Part shown: one piece after another, positions 38,196 to 52,752 of the stretch
Layout: every line of letters starts with the position of its first letter
How positions within the stretch are numbered: the stretch's first letter is position 1
Assembly (NCBI GenBank): GCA_951406725.2
Contig: OX597820.1
Location: 10,354,001 to 10,418,000, forward strand
From: Octopus vulgaris
Lineage: Eukaryota
Length of the DNA stretch: 64,000 nucleotides
Direction: 5' to 3'
The notes under the pieces: generated by a model
The model's input: only the letters and a program-made list of their open reading frames with translations
Told to the model about the DNA's origin: nothing
The model's database searches: none
Program-made: the position numbers and the translations under genes

Positions 38196-38223
38196 ATATA
38201 TATATATAAATAGATATATGTAT

Positions 38224-38321
<98 letters not shown>

Positions 38322-38589
38322 TATGTATTTATGTATGTATGTGTATATGCATGTGAGTGTGTTTATGAGTTGTTCTTGTAAAATTGGCGAACCTAGTAAA
38401 ATAAAGGACCAGTTCTTTGATTACTAAATAATTTCATCTGCCGTTTATTTCTGGATCAGAAAACATCCCACTACTCTAGATTTTGAATTAGGAAGAAGAC
38501 CTGTGCCGTACCGTCCCCGTTATTTTACACTGAAGATAATGATCAGTGAGCTTGCATGGCAGAGGCTCCCATCCTAAGACAAATTTACG

Positions 38590-39300
38590 AGAGACTCGAG
38601 TGAGGGAATGAATTTATGGACAGCCTTTTTCTAACCACAAGAGTAACGCAAGATTGTAGAAGGATTCTGCAAGAGCGTGACAAATTTCTCGCCTGGTAAG
38701 GTTGAATTTGCAGGCCATTAAATCAAGGTACATAGTGCCGCAGAATGGGAATAAAATCGATAAATTCTGTTTCTCAATATCCAAAACTGGCATCGACTCC
38801 ATCATAGAACAAGTAACCAAGAGCTTTGGGAAAACCTTATACTCAATCATCAAATAAACGGCTGCCATTTAAAAATCCCAAAATGGTCATAGAACCAGTT
38901 CAACAAAATTTAAACGTCACGTCACATCTAACTGGAATTCATCATTTCCCATGACCTCTGACCTCTGTATTACAATTGTTAAATTGACAGCAGTTGAGCT
39001 CCTTGAAAGGAAGTTCGGAGGTTCTCTCTTCAAGTGGTTGGGTCTTCCCAGCAATATCAGTAATGTAGATCTATAAAATAACATTTTGTTGTCCACATTC
39101 AGTGACCGCAGCGAAGAGTGTATGGTAACATAAACAAGAGTGCAAGGAGTCCAGAGCGTTGAACGTATCATCGGTTGACATCTAGTCGAGTGGAGGTGTC
39201 AATTTACATTACTCCATAGGGACCATAGGGCCGCTTTCTAAGCGAGTAGTGGAGGGTGGAAATTCACAGCAGAAAAAGCGGAGAAAAACCCAGTCATTCT
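38590..39300 (+). pseudogene. Decayed HERO/NeSL-like REL retrotransposon RT fragment
   Basis: VRLNLQAIKSRYIV..GNKIDKFCFSISKTGIDSIIEQVTKSFGK, then VELLERKFGGSLFKWLGLPSNISNVDL, then GWKFTAEKA. Resembles HERO RT motifs; many stops. Confidence 0.55.
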
Positions 39301-39338
39301 TAAGACAAAAGCTTGGTTCGAATGCATCGTGAAATTGG

Positions 39339-39780
39339 CAGAACGTAGGGGCAGACGAAATACCTATTTCTTTACTAGCCATAAGGGGCTAAACGCAGAG
39401 AGGACAAACAAGGACAGACAAACAGATTAAGTCGATTATATCGACCCCAGTGCTAATCTGGTACTTATTTAATCGATCCCGAAAGAATGAAAGGCAAAGT
39501 CGACCTCGGCGGAATTTGAACTCAGAACGTAGCAGCAGACGAAATACCTATTTCTTTACTACCCACAAGGGGCTGAACACAGAGAGGACAAATACGGACA
39601 GACAAACGGATTAAGTCGATTTTATCGACTCCAGTGCGTAACTGGTACTTATTTAATCGACCCCGAAAGAATGAAAGGCAAAGTCGACCTCGGCGGAATT
39701 TGAACTCAGAACGTAAAGATGGACGAAATACGGCTACGCATTTCGCCCGGCGTGTTAACGATTCTGCCAGCACGCCGCCT
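39339..39780 (-). mobile_element. SINE family A multimer
   Basis: Two cores plus the start of a third unit, reverse orientation. Confidence 0.85.
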
Positions 39781-40060
39781 TTGAGGTTTTATATATTAAT
39801 AGAATTATTCGTGTTTAATATAATTAAGATAATGCTTTTTGACATTGATACGAAACCACACATTTCGAAAGGTACAATTGTTAGAGATTGACTGCGTCCT
39901 TGACCTGTCTCTATTCTATAAACTCCAGAAGGATAAAAACATAGAGTCGACCAATGACTTATTGAACTCAAATAAAAAGGGATGTAACTGAATAACAATA
40001 GATTCTTGGTATGCCTGTTGCTCTTCCAGTTTTGCTATTCTCCAGCACTGAGATGAATTA

Positions 40061-40096
<36 letters not shown>

Positions 40097-41209
40097 CACA
40101 TATATTTGGAGAGAGAGAAGGAGAAAGAGTGATTGAGGGAAAGAGACAGACAGAGGGTGTATTGTGTGTGTGTGTGTGTGTGTATGCGTGTGTGTCTGTG
40201 TGTTTGTGTGTGTGTGTGTGTGAGAGAGAGAGGGAGAGAGAGAGAGAGAGAGAGAAAGAGATAGAGAGACAGACAGACAGACAGACAGACCGAGAGCGAA
40301 CTTGTGATATTCAACCATCCTCAATGCATATAATTATATTTTAATTCCGCTATTTCCTCAGTGCGCTACAATGGCGAGGGTTCTTCTCTGAGAGTCAAAC
40401 CTATATAAAACCGTGCAATGGACTCAATTGTTCTTCTCGCTGTTACCTCTACCACCGAAATACATCTGTATCTCACGTTCCAGATTTCATCATAAATATT
40501 TTCATTAATCGTTTTTCTGCAAACAATATCTACCCGAGATTTGTTTCTCGCATTTCGTCTCTCGACAGTATGAAATATATCATATAAAATACAGAATACA
40601 TACAGTTTGTTATATAAATTATGTGCATCATATAAATACGCCTATGCCGTAGAGTCGTTCCATTCTTCCACTCTAAGAGGATTCGAAAGCGTTATGAGTG
40701 TCTTCCTTAATTAAATTAACGAAATGGGATTTCAAAACATGCGCAAATCGGCAAATAGTTATATAAATGGTAAAGCAGGGTAAAAGATACAAGAATCAAA
40801 TAGATAAGAAAAAAAAGTGGAGAGGAATGCGTAAGTATATTATAGATGTAATTAAATAAAAAGAACATAGAAGCAGAGTTATAATTGTATAAAGAATATA
40901 CGAGATAAATAGGAAAACAGATCTTCCCCGCATCAGTCAATGAAAACAAACTGAATGCAGCACGGAGGGATAGAAGCGTAATGATTTCTCTCTCTCTCTC
41001 CGTCTCTCCCTCTCTTTCTCTCTCTCTTTATTTTTCTCATATTCTTTGTTTCTCTCTCTATATCTCTGCCTCAGCTCACTCTCTTTCTTTCTCCGCACAC
41101 ACATTCATATACGTCCACACAGCCGCACACACTTACATACACACATACATACATACAAGCATGCATACATTCAGACATACATACATGCATACACGCATAC
41201 ATACATACA

Positions 41210-41242
<33 letters not shown>

Positions 41243-41329
41243 GTGTGTGTGTAAGATATTTCATCTTAACTTTATATATATTTATTTATTTATTTATTTA
41301 TATATTTATTTATTTATTAAATTCTCCCT

Positions 41330-41760
41330 TACGTGTTTCAGTTATTTGATTTCGGCCATGCTGGAGCACCGCTTTTAGTCGAGCAAATCGAACCCAGGGC
41401 TTATTCTTTGTAAGCCTAGTAATTTTTTTATCGGTCTCTCTGGTCGAACGGCTAAGTTACGGGGACATAAACACACCATCATCGGTTGACAAGCGATGGT
41501 GGTGGGGGGACAAACACAAACACACAAACATATACACACATACACACACACACACATACATATACGACATATACGATGGGCTTCTCACACTCTCCGTCCA
41601 CCAAATCCACTCAGAAGGCTTTAGTAGAAAACATTCTGAGTGGATTACTATAGCCCAAGGCTATAGTAGAAGACCCTTGCCTACTGCCACGCAGTGGGAC
41701 TGAACCCTGAACCATGTGGTTGGTAAGCACGCTACTTACCACACAGTCAAACCTGCGACT
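41330..41760 (-). mobile_element. SINE family C
   Basis: Reverse complement of the family consensus. Confidence 0.82.
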
Positions 41761-41769
41761 ATATATATT

Positions 41770-41814
<45 letters not shown>

Positions 41815-42699
41815 TTGTATGTATGTATGTGTGTATGTATGTATGTATGTATGTATGTATGTATGTATGTATGTGTGTGTGTGTGTGTGTCTGTGTGTTT
41901 GTACAATATTTCATCGTTCAATTTTATATTTTTATTTATTTGATTATTCATTATTCTTTTTTTTTCTTAAATCTTTTATTATGTCGCAAATCGTTGCTTA
42001 CAAGTTCCCAATGAGTTTATAAGTGTTTTCCCACCATTTCTAACAAAGCCCATAGCACTCTGTCCGTTACGATGACGAGTTTTCCCGTTGATACGATTAG
42101 CATACTGGTTTCCTCGTGGGACTAAACCTGCAGGTGGCTGAGTACTCCATAGACACGCATACACTTAACTTAGTTCTCAGTGAGATTCACCGTGATACAC
42201 GGAATATGACAAGAATGGTGCTTCGAAATACAGGTACTATTTTCTCTTGCCAAATGAGAAACCCGGAGCAATGTGAAATTAAGTGTCTTGCTGAAGGACA
42301 CAACGCACCGTCGGGAATCGAACTCATGATCACACGATTGCAAGCTGAAAAGCCTAACCACTAAGCCACCCGTATTCACTATTTCTAGCCAAGAAGGCAG
42401 TGCTTGCAATTCAGTGCAGAGCTATAGTATGAAACCAATACAAGGTCCAGTCCTTTTCTGTAGTGTGGTGGCTCTTGTGTCTTAATGATTTAGGGGCAAT
42501 CTTCCAGCGGTTCCCCGTGCTGGACAACTGAAAGGGTAGAGGCCAGACTAATATGGAATAATTTTTCGCAAAGGTAAAAATGGGTTTCTCTACTGTGAAC
42601 ACCCCTGTCTGGGAAAAAATATAAAACGATGTTACAAAAGCATCGACGACAATTCAAAACCAAGATCTGCGAGAGGAAGGCCTGCCCTCCGGTTGTCAG

Positions 42700-42794
<95 letters not shown>

Positions 42795-43180
42795 ACACAA
42801 ATATCACCTTCCTTAGCGTCAAACTAATACATCTGCTTGTTGTTTATACACCTGTCTTCGTCTTCTGTTTTTCTTTATATTTCAACTATATATATGTATA
42901 TATATACACACATACTTTTGAATTATTTCTTAATATATTTCTCATTCTTTTGTATATTTTTTGTGTCTATACTTGTAAGAAAAAATGTTTTGTTATTAAA
43001 GCAACCAGTAAAACATTAATTTTTCAGTTTGAAAACGACTACTCGAAGCTTGAAACTCATATTAAAGTCACTGACTGTAACATTATCATTCAAATAAAAA
43101 TTATCCCAAAAAAGCCATCTGTACACATTTCTTCAAATATATAATACTGTACCAAGTATCATGATTTTTTCTTCTTATTC

Positions 43181-43247
<67 letters not shown>

Positions 43248-43323
43248 TACATATGTTTGTATATTTATGAATTATTCTACTATATATATATATAGATATG
43301 TTTGTATATTTATGAATTTATGA

Positions 43324-43372
<49 letters not shown>

Positions 43373-44709
43373 TATATTATATATATGTTTATATATATAA
43401 TATAAATAAATATTTTCAAGTGAAAAAATTTTCAGATTTTTTCTCTTATGAGGTTTTTCACGCTAACTACCTGATAATTTCTTGTTAAGATTTCTTATTA
43501 AGATTTTATCCTTAATTGTTAAATATATATATGTTTATATAAGACGTTCTCCCACGTAGTATCTGCTAAATATATCAACCGTGTGCTCAATGGTGGAGAG
43601 AAAAATATCTTATAAATGCAGTGGAATCAACAAGATGCACTATCTTTCCGGTAGGCTTTCATGTACCTGCAGAATTTGTGAAGTACCTCGACGAAGATTT
43701 AAAAAAGTATGTTACTGCATGCTATGTCTACCATAAATTTGAGGATATTGCTAACGTTAGCACGAAGTGTAACCATTCTTAGTTTTGTGGTCGTTACATC
43801 ACGGCATCTTTCGAAGGTCAGGTTTTTGCAACCCAAGCATAGACGGTAGCTATGAGATAACTATTTGTGAAAAGAGAGAGCGGAGTTTTTAATCCATGAG
43901 ATACAACCGAAGTTATCGATTATATTACGTTTGTGATTAACATATTGCTTATGAGATTAACAGCTTTTCCAAATAGGATAAAATATTACCTTCCAACACA
44001 ATATGCTGTGGTTGGTTTTTGTAAAACAATATACAATACAGGCTGCAGGAAAGACTGCCCTGCGATAAATAATGAGAATACCGATGCTATTGAATACTGA
44101 CATAACAACCGACATATTTTCTGAATTGGCGTCAATAAAAAACTTAGTGAGAAAGACGTAAAAACATGTAAAATATGCAGTGTTGCTGGACATTTTAATG
44201 TTAATGGTGATATAGACAGACTATATGGCTTAATAATGTTGAATACGTACGTACGAAGACGTACAATACATACTGATAGCACAAGTCTGTTAAAACTTTC
44301 ACCGAGTACAATGATACGACCACTGATATATTTGTTTTGAAGGGAAAAGGGAAAACAAGGGCATAAGCAAGTTTTTCTTTCAAAATCAATGGGAAAACCT
44401 GTATTGACTGACAATAGCTCCGAAAACTACGACTTCTCCACAAAGATTATAAATTCACATTTACACCAAGAGAAATGAATGCATTTGGCCAGGTTAGGAA
44501 ATGTCTAAGTGACAAGCTGAAGCATTCAGAGATTTCACGTTATAAAGGTTATTATATAATACACACTCTGCTTGCAAATACGAACAGCTGTTAGCGGAAT
44601 AGAAAAAAAGAAATACGTATTTTGTTATCCTGATTCCTGTCATATAAACCAGCAAAAGGAAAATTCTAGATTGTTAACGAAAAAAGATAACATAGATATT
44701 TATACGTGT

Positions 44710-44883
44710 AGGCGTAGGAGTGGCTGTGTGGTAAGTAGCTTGTTTACCAACCACATGGTTCCGGGTTCAGTCCCACTGCGTGGCACCTTGGGCAAGTGTC
44801 TTCTACTATAACCGCGTACCGACCAAAACCTTGTGAGTGGATTTGGTAGACGGAAACTGAAAGAAGCCCGTTCTATATATATG

Positions 44884-44927
<44 letters not shown>

Positions 44928-45160
44928 CGTGTGTATATGTTTGTGTGTCTGTGTTTGTACCCGCTACATCGCTTGACAACCGATGCTGGTGTGTTTACGT
45001 CGCCGTAACTAAGCGGTTCGGCAAAAGAGACCGATAGAATAAGTACTAGGCTTACAAAGAATAAGTCTTGGGGTCGATTTGCTCGACTAAAAGGCGGTGC
45101 TCCAGCATGGCCACAGTCAAATGACTGAAACAAGTAAAATAAAAATAAAAGACTAAAAGA
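44710..45160 (+). mobile_element. SINE family C, full length
   Basis: ggcgtaggagtggctgtgtggtaag...ggcaccttgggcaagtgtcttc...(TA)n...gactgaaacaagtaaaa. Confidence 0.9.
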
Positions 45161-46601
45161 ATGTATGTATGTATGTATGCATGCATGCATGTATGTATGT
45201 ATGTATGTATGTATGTATGTATGTATGTATGTATGTATGTTTGTATGTATGTTTGTATGTATGTATGCATGCATGTATGTATGTATGTATGTATGTATGT
45301 ATGTATGTATGTATGTATGCGTGTGTGTATGTATCTCTGTGTGTATGAATGTATGTACGTATCTATGTGTGTGTATGTATGCGTGTATGTCTACGTGTTC
45401 CCACGGTTTCCACCTATCAATTTCCACTCACAAAATATTGGTCTATCAGAGATTAGGACAGACGCAGATTAATCAAAGTGCTGCGTGGTCAGATCGATCC
45501 TGGAATTACGCTTACGAAGCAAACATGAGACCAAACAGGAATTGCCTGTGCTTAACTTTTCATTTTTCCGTGGATCTTCGGATCAATGACCAGGGAGTGT
45601 TTGTACCAGAGAGAAAACTTTGTCACGCAATAATGCATAAAGCTATAACGAAATAAATGTCCCGATACCAATAAATGCGTGTTTCGAAAGCTATTGTAAG
45701 CTATAGCGCAATGTCTTTGTGTCAAGATATCAGATCAAATCATTCGACCAAAGAAATATTACTCGCTTTTCGTAATACTCCCTTTTAGATATTTTGTCAT
45801 TTAATTGAGCGTTTGCTCAATTCTATTCAGTCACAGCAGTCAGGATTGAAAACACGATAACAAATCTTAGAAACACTCTTTTAATCAATAGCGTACATTC
45901 GGCGTTAATCCGCCCTTAAATCCAACACGTATCCATTTATCTAACAAAACTGTATTAATTTTGCACTATATAATTATTTACAATCTTCTATGCTCATGCA
46001 CTGATATGCTCGCAAGAAAATGTCCTTCTACATAGAGTTAAACATCTGCAAGCAGATATATAAATATACCGTAAAACTAAATAATAGTACACACTCAAAT
46101 TACCTAACCCTTACACGCATATATCCATCCTTAATCACATATTCAACACATATTTAATCTCAAATTATATCTACTATTTTAAGATACGAATTCATTTTGA
46201 ACATATGTTGATATAAATATGTTATTATATTAATAATTATTGAGCAGATATCTGGCAAGTTCTTTGTGTTAAATTATATTATATTTCGTCTTATTGAGTT
46301 TATCTCTCCTCCTCCGCATATCAATTTGGGTTGTTATATCTTAGATTTAGCTTTATTACATTTATTTCACTGCTAAAACTTCATTCACCAAAGACACTTT
46401 CTAAAGATACAGTAAACAGCATTTTCAGTATAAAGAGTGTGTATTGTATATTGGAGTATCAAATTGCTTCGTCGAATATATATTTTACCTCATAGAATAT
46501 AAATATTTACCATTCTTTTCAAAGTAGACTTTTGTAAGATATCACAGATATTTCTAACATGATGTGTGCGTATCTGTGTGCGCATGTGCACGTGTGCGTA
46601 C

Positions 46602-46675
<74 letters not shown>

Positions 46676-46689
46676 GTATACAAACATAC

Positions 46690-46753
<64 letters not shown>

Positions 46754-47202
46754 GTATATATATATGTGTGTGTGGTGGCTACCCCTTCGTTATCGAGTAT
46801 GGCCATTGCACAAAGCTTAGTCAATGTTGTTATCGTGCAATACCTGTGCAAGAAGATTTTTTTTAAAGTGAGGAAAGGCTGTGCACTGAGTCAATCCCAC
46901 TCACTAAGCAACAGCAGCCATAATCCGAATAGAAGAACAAGTCAACATCATCGGTAAACACTGAGCCGCAGGTTTTATGCCGGGGTTATCCCAGTTACCT
47001 GAGTTACCTTCTCCTAGAAGGATGCCCTAACAAAGGCTAGGAGTCCTTCACTCCCAATGGTTTAACCGCGCGATCGGGTATTCAGTCCGATTATTTCTAT
47101 GTCCTTGCGCATGATACAACCTGAAGACATTTATTGGATGGCTGTTGACTCTCAAGAGTTCATACATACATACATACATACATACATACATACATACATA
47201 CA

Positions 47203-47285
<83 letters not shown>

Positions 47286-47460
47286 CCAAGAAAGTTAGGG
47301 GTTGTGAATCCAACCAACTAAGGGATAATATCTATCAAATACACTGCTGGTAGAATACCCAATTATTAATAGACAAGTGTTTTTTCATTGCATGGCAATT
47401 ACATTACCGAGTGTAATAAATGGGTGAGGGTAAAGAGTTATTTTACCATTAATTTATAGA

Positions 47461-47961
47461 GCAATAAGAAAATGGAGGGGATCAAGAGGTGGTAGTCATC
47501 AACTTTTAGACATTATATTATGTCTATTTAAAAAAAAAACAATAACAATATACATACTTGTATAACATATTATGCTTTACATATGCAATATATAAAAATA
47601 CCAGTAATTATTAAAGCATATAAGGTAGAGCATAGAAAGTAGGATAGTATCTTACAGCTGTTTCAGCCAAGAGGCCATAGTACCCTACTTTATTTCTATT
47701 CCTTCAGTGAACTGAAGTATTTGGTAGATAAGATTAAGGCACTTGAGTGTGTCTCTGGGTTGTAATATACTATCTTACTTTCTATGCTCTACGTTATATA
47801 TTTTAATAATTACTGGTATTTTCATATATTATATATGTAAAGCATAATATTTTATACATGTATGTATATTGTTATAATTGTTTTTTTTTAATAATTAGAC
47901 ATAATATAATGTCTAAAAGTTGATGAATACCACCTCTTGATCCCCTCCGTTTTCTTATTGC
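47461..47961. repeat. ~200-bp imperfect inverted repeats with ~105-bp spacer
   Basis: gcaataagaaaatggaggggatcaagaggtggta...taccacctcttgatcccctccgttttcttattgc. Half hammerhead GAAA-CAGCTG-TA on the minus strand at ~47653-47664. Confidence 0.88.
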
Positions 47962-47966
47962 CGTAG

Positions 47967-48060
<94 letters not shown>

Positions 48061-48383
48061 GTCTGTGTGTGTGTGTTTTAAAAAAACATAAATTCGAAGA
48101 AGCACACTCTTAGAAGTAGAGCAGTCTATATAAATTACTGGCGAAGGCGAGTTTCTTGGGTTACTCTGTGTTTCTCACCATAAATAGTATCTTTGGGAGT
48201 ATCATCCGACCCTAAAACCCGTTGGGCTATGGCCTCTTTAACATATGGAGGGACGTCAACAGGTCTTAGGGTCTCAGATGCGCCATAAAGGTACCAGACT
48301 ATTTTTAGCAAATAAAATCTGAAACCATGATCCAAGAAACTGATGGTAAATGTTTTTCATTCCCATCGAGATTTCATCCCTAA

Positions 48384-48778
48384 CTAGCAGTATCGCCCGG
48401 CGTTGCTCGGGTTTGTAAAGGAAATAACTATATAAGCATTTTTAGAGATGTAAAGTATAATAGCCATCTCAATATGGCTAACCACAAAGGGGGGGGGTTA
48501 CTGTAGCTTTTTACGTTCAGAGATTTAATAATAAATTTTTAGAGAGTTACTTCCCTTATATATGCCAAAAATGCATTAAAAATGGGAAAAATTGATGGTA
48601 ATTTTTTTTTAAATCGTAGACTCATCGTAGACGCGCGCTAATACCCAGAAGGGCTCGATATGAATCACGACTATAAGATACCCGGTTTTGGTTAAACTGC
48701 ACCGCAAAATGTGGGAGTAGTTAGGAATCTAAATCGTAGGAGACAGACAGCACACAACCTCACTTTTATATATAAAGA
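48384..48778 (-). mobile_element. Non-autonomous Helitron
   Basis: a|ctagcagtatcgcccggcgttgctcggg ... tatataaaga|t. Confidence 0.85.
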
Positions 48779-49349
48779 TTAGTGGTTTGAACTTTAGCTG
48801 TTCCTTCTAGCGTAAGAGAGTCCTATGATGGATACCTCTTAATGTGTTAAAATGTACACTGTATTACATATATATATATATATGTATGTATAAACAATTT
48901 TCATTTTTGTGTCGATTTTCATTGTTCATGCCTTGTCTTATTTCAGTCGCATACCCGAAAGTTTTACTCCGAAGATATATAATATAGCATACTGTTTGGA
49001 TTGCTGTGTATTTGGTCGACTGGTTCCATGGAAACCTTTATAGTCTTCATCATTATTTTTTTTATTTCATTTTCATTATGTCAGATATTGATGTGTTGAA
49101 ATATTAGTTTTGCTCCTATTGTTGTATGTTCTGAAATAATTTGTTGCTCTGTTTTGGTAGTATGTACTTTGAGCGATTCTACTTATTTTGTTTGTGATAG
49201 GTTCCCTTTTGATGCTTTCATTGCTTTCATTTAAGAAATCCTTTCTATGGTTCGTCGGTTGTTTTTGCTTCTCTTTCCGTGTGTATTGTTTGAAATATTT
49301 CAATAATTATCTTGGACGTTATTTGGACATTATTATTTGTTGCTATTAA

Positions 49350-50145
49350 GGCAGCGAGCTGGCAGAATCCTCAGCACGCCGTCTTTACGTCCGTCATTAC
49401 GTTCTGAGTTCAAATTCTACCGAGGTCGACTCTGCCTTTTATCCTTCGGGGGTCGATAACTTAAATACCAGTTGCGTACTGGGATCGATCTAATCGACTG
49501 GCTCCCGTCCTAATAATTTCAGGCCTTGTGCCTAGAGTAGAAAAGAATATCTAGGTGTCTGTAAGGCGGCGAACTGGCAGAAACATTAGTACGCCGGGCG
49601 AAATCCTTAGCAGCATTTTGACTGTCACTGCATTCTGAGTTCAAATTCCGTCGAGGTCCACTTTGCCCTTCATCCTTTCGGGGTCGATAAATTAAGTACC
49701 AGTTACGCACTGGGTTAGATGTAATCGACTTCATCTTTTTGTCTGTCCTTGTTTGTCCCCTCTGTGTTTAGCCCCTTGTGGGTAGTAAAGAAATAGGTAT
49801 TTCGTCTGCCGCTACGTTCTGAGTTCAAGTTCCGCCGAGGTCGACTTTGCCTTTCATCCTTTCGGGGTCGATAAATTAAGTACCAGTTACGCACTGGGGT
49901 CGATATAATCGACTTAGTCCGTTTGTCTGTCCTTGTTTGTCCTCTTTGTGTTTAGCCCCTTGAGTGTAGTAAAGAAATAGGTATTTCGTCTGCTGCTACG
50001 TTCTGAGTTCAAATTCCGCCGAGGTCGACTTTGCCTTTCATCCTTTCGGAGTCGATAAATTAAGTACCAGTTACGCACTGGGGTCTATGTTATCATCTAT
50101 CCCCTTCCCCCAAATTTCAGGCATTGTGCCTAGACCAAAAAAGAA
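49350..50145 (+). mobile_element. SINE family A tetramer
   Basis: Four cores; attatttgttgcta on both flanks. Confidence 0.88.
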
Positions 50146-51297
50146 TTATTTGTTGCTAATATGAAGCTTTACATTCTCACAATTGTGGTCGCAATGATTC
50201 CTTTCCGTTATATCATGCATTATGTACTTTGTTCAAAAGTGTATTATGTGGTTTATCTTTTATTTGCTTCAGTCATTTGACTGCGGCCATGCTGGGGCTC
50301 CGCGTTGGAGGCCTTCAGTCGAACAAATGTCGTCTGTGGTTCTTATTTGTAATTCTAGCGCTTATCGCATTCTTTGGCCGGAACTCTTAATGGGGAGGTA
50401 AGTAAACACACACACACGCACACATGTAGTGATATATAAGCCGGGGTTTCACCCAGTTTCCGTCTACCAAGGTCAGTCACAAGGCATTAGTCGATCCGAC
50501 AATTTAGTAGAAGAAACTTGTCTAAGATACCATGCAGCGGGACCGAACCCGAAACCATGTGTTTGCAAAGCAAGCCTCTTAACCACGCAGACATACCTTT
50601 GCCTCTGCGTGTAACTATTACATATAACCCCTAAAATAAGCGCCGACTGAGATACTTCTAACACCACGATGTTAATTTATTTTATTAATCTTAGGTAATT
50701 GCTTCTCTTTCATTTATTTCAGATTTTACGAAGCATTCTCTTGTCACGTCTACGTTCATTTTTCATCCGGAACAGAAGGCCTAGATTGTTGTTGTTGTTG
50801 TTGCTGTTGTTCTCGTTGTTCTCGTTGTTCAATAATTCAATATGTTATATATAAAATTTCTATTTTCATTTATATTATTATTTTATCGTTTTCCTGGTAT
50901 TTAAGTGAGCGTTTACTGCACCAATAAATGTATTTCCGTGCCAGTCACGTGCCTACAGCATTGTTACACATTTTTACGTTCTGGCTAAATTCGTGTGTAT
51001 TTGTTGATTGTTATTGTGTTACTATTTCCAGTGCTGCCTTCGTGTGCCAAGGTCTGTATACACGCTGACCTTAGTTCATTGTTTATTTTAATGAAAGTGC
51101 ATTGAGTATGTGCTCTCTTCCTTAATAGAACTATTTTTGTATCCTGGAGAATTGTGTGAACTCTGATTATAACCTCAAATCAAATTATTTATAATACTTG
51201 CGGTGCAGCAAATATTTGTTCTCTATCCATATAGCATCTAACTTCGCATCTTTTTTCTTCCTTTATCTTTCAATTATTTTAGCCATTGGATTGCGGC

Positions 51298-51720
51298 TCA
51301 GAACGTAACAGCAGACGAAATACCAATTTCTTTACTACCCACAATGGGCTAAACACAGAGGGGACAAACAAGGACAGACAAACAGATTAAGTCGATTACA
51401 TCGACCTCAGTGTGTAGCTGGTACTTATTTAATCGACCCCGAAAGGATGAGAGGCAAAGTCGACCTCGGCGGAATTTGAACTCAGAACGTAGCGGCAGAC
51501 GAAATACCTATTTCTTTACTACCCACAAGGGGCTAAACACAGAGGGGACAAACAAGGACAGACAAACAGATTAAGTCGATTGCATCGACCCTAGTGCGTA
51601 ACTGGTACTTAATTTATCGACCCCGAAATAATGAAAGGCAAAGTCGACCTCGGCGGAATTTGAACTCACAACGTGACGGCAGACGAAATACCGCTAAGCA
51701 CTTCGCCCGGCGTGCTAACT
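51298..51720 (-). mobile_element. SINE family A multimer
   Basis: Tandem ~185-bp units in reverse orientation. Confidence 0.85.
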
Positions 51721-52060
51721 CAATACTTATTTTTAATGTCTAGCACCTACTTTATCGATCTCTTTGGCCAAATCGCTAATTTACGGGTAAGTAAAGAGAG
51801 CAACAGCATTTGTCAAACGGTGGAGGCAAATACAACTCAAACACAAAATCTCACTCACCTTATTTGGTACATCTCTAGGTTTACTTTGAAAATACATAAT
51901 TGTGAGGATAGTCACCAATTCTTATTTTGCGTGGTTTAAAGTTACTTTTTTGAGTTTAACTTTCCTTCCTTTTAGCCTAGCTTTATGGATTTTTCGGTAA
52001 AGATGTGTATTCTTCTTAACGATATTTTGTAGTGATTCCATGTGTAACTTCATCTTCATC

Positions 52061-52752
52061 GGCGGAATTTGAACTCACAACGTGACGGCAGACGAAATAT
52101 AAGGCGGCGAGCTGGCAGAAACATTAGCACGCCGGGCGAAATGTTCAGCGGTATTTCGTCTGCCGTCACGTTCTGAGTTCAAATTCCACCGAGATCGACT
52201 TTACCTTTCATCCTTTCGGGGTCGATTAAATAAGTACCAGTTACACACTGGGGTCGATGTAATCGACTTAATACCTATGTCTGTCCCTGTTTATCCCCTC
52301 TATGTTTAGCCCCTTGTGGGTAGTAAAGAAATGGGTATTTCGTGTGTCTTTACGTTCTGAGTTCAAATTCCGCCGAGGTCGACTTTGCCTTTCATCGTTT
52401 CGGGGTCGATAAATTAAGTACCAGTTACGCACGGGGGAGTCGATCTAAATGACTGACCAATAATTTTGGGTCTTGTGTCTAGATTAGAAGAGAATATATG
52501 AAACGTGAAAGGCGGTAAGCTGGCAGAAACGTTAGCATACCGGGCAAAATGCTTAGCCACATTATGTCTATTTTTATATTCTGAGTTCAAATTCCACCGA
52601 GGTCGACGTTACCCTTCACCCTTTCGGTGTCGATTAAATAAGTACCAGTTACACACTGGAGTCGATGTAATCGAGTTAATCCCTTTGTCTGTCCTTGTTT
52701 GTCCCCTTTATGTTTAGCCCCCACCCACTCCCGTGGTTAATAAAGAAATAAG
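52061..52752 (+). mobile_element. SINE family A cluster (short inverted piece, dimer, monomer)
   Basis: Family A consensus at 52103-52495 and 52510-52752; inverted 40-bp piece at 52061-52100. Confidence 0.8.

Noticed and set aside
45100-45140. Family C tail cagtc-aaat-gactg-aaacaagta resembles a hammerhead 3' half
   Set aside because: No CUGANGA upstream in any copy; more simply a LINE-recognition stem-loop.
48135-48335. 66-aa ORF as a possible host exon
   Set aside because: No recognisable motif or convincing splice sites.
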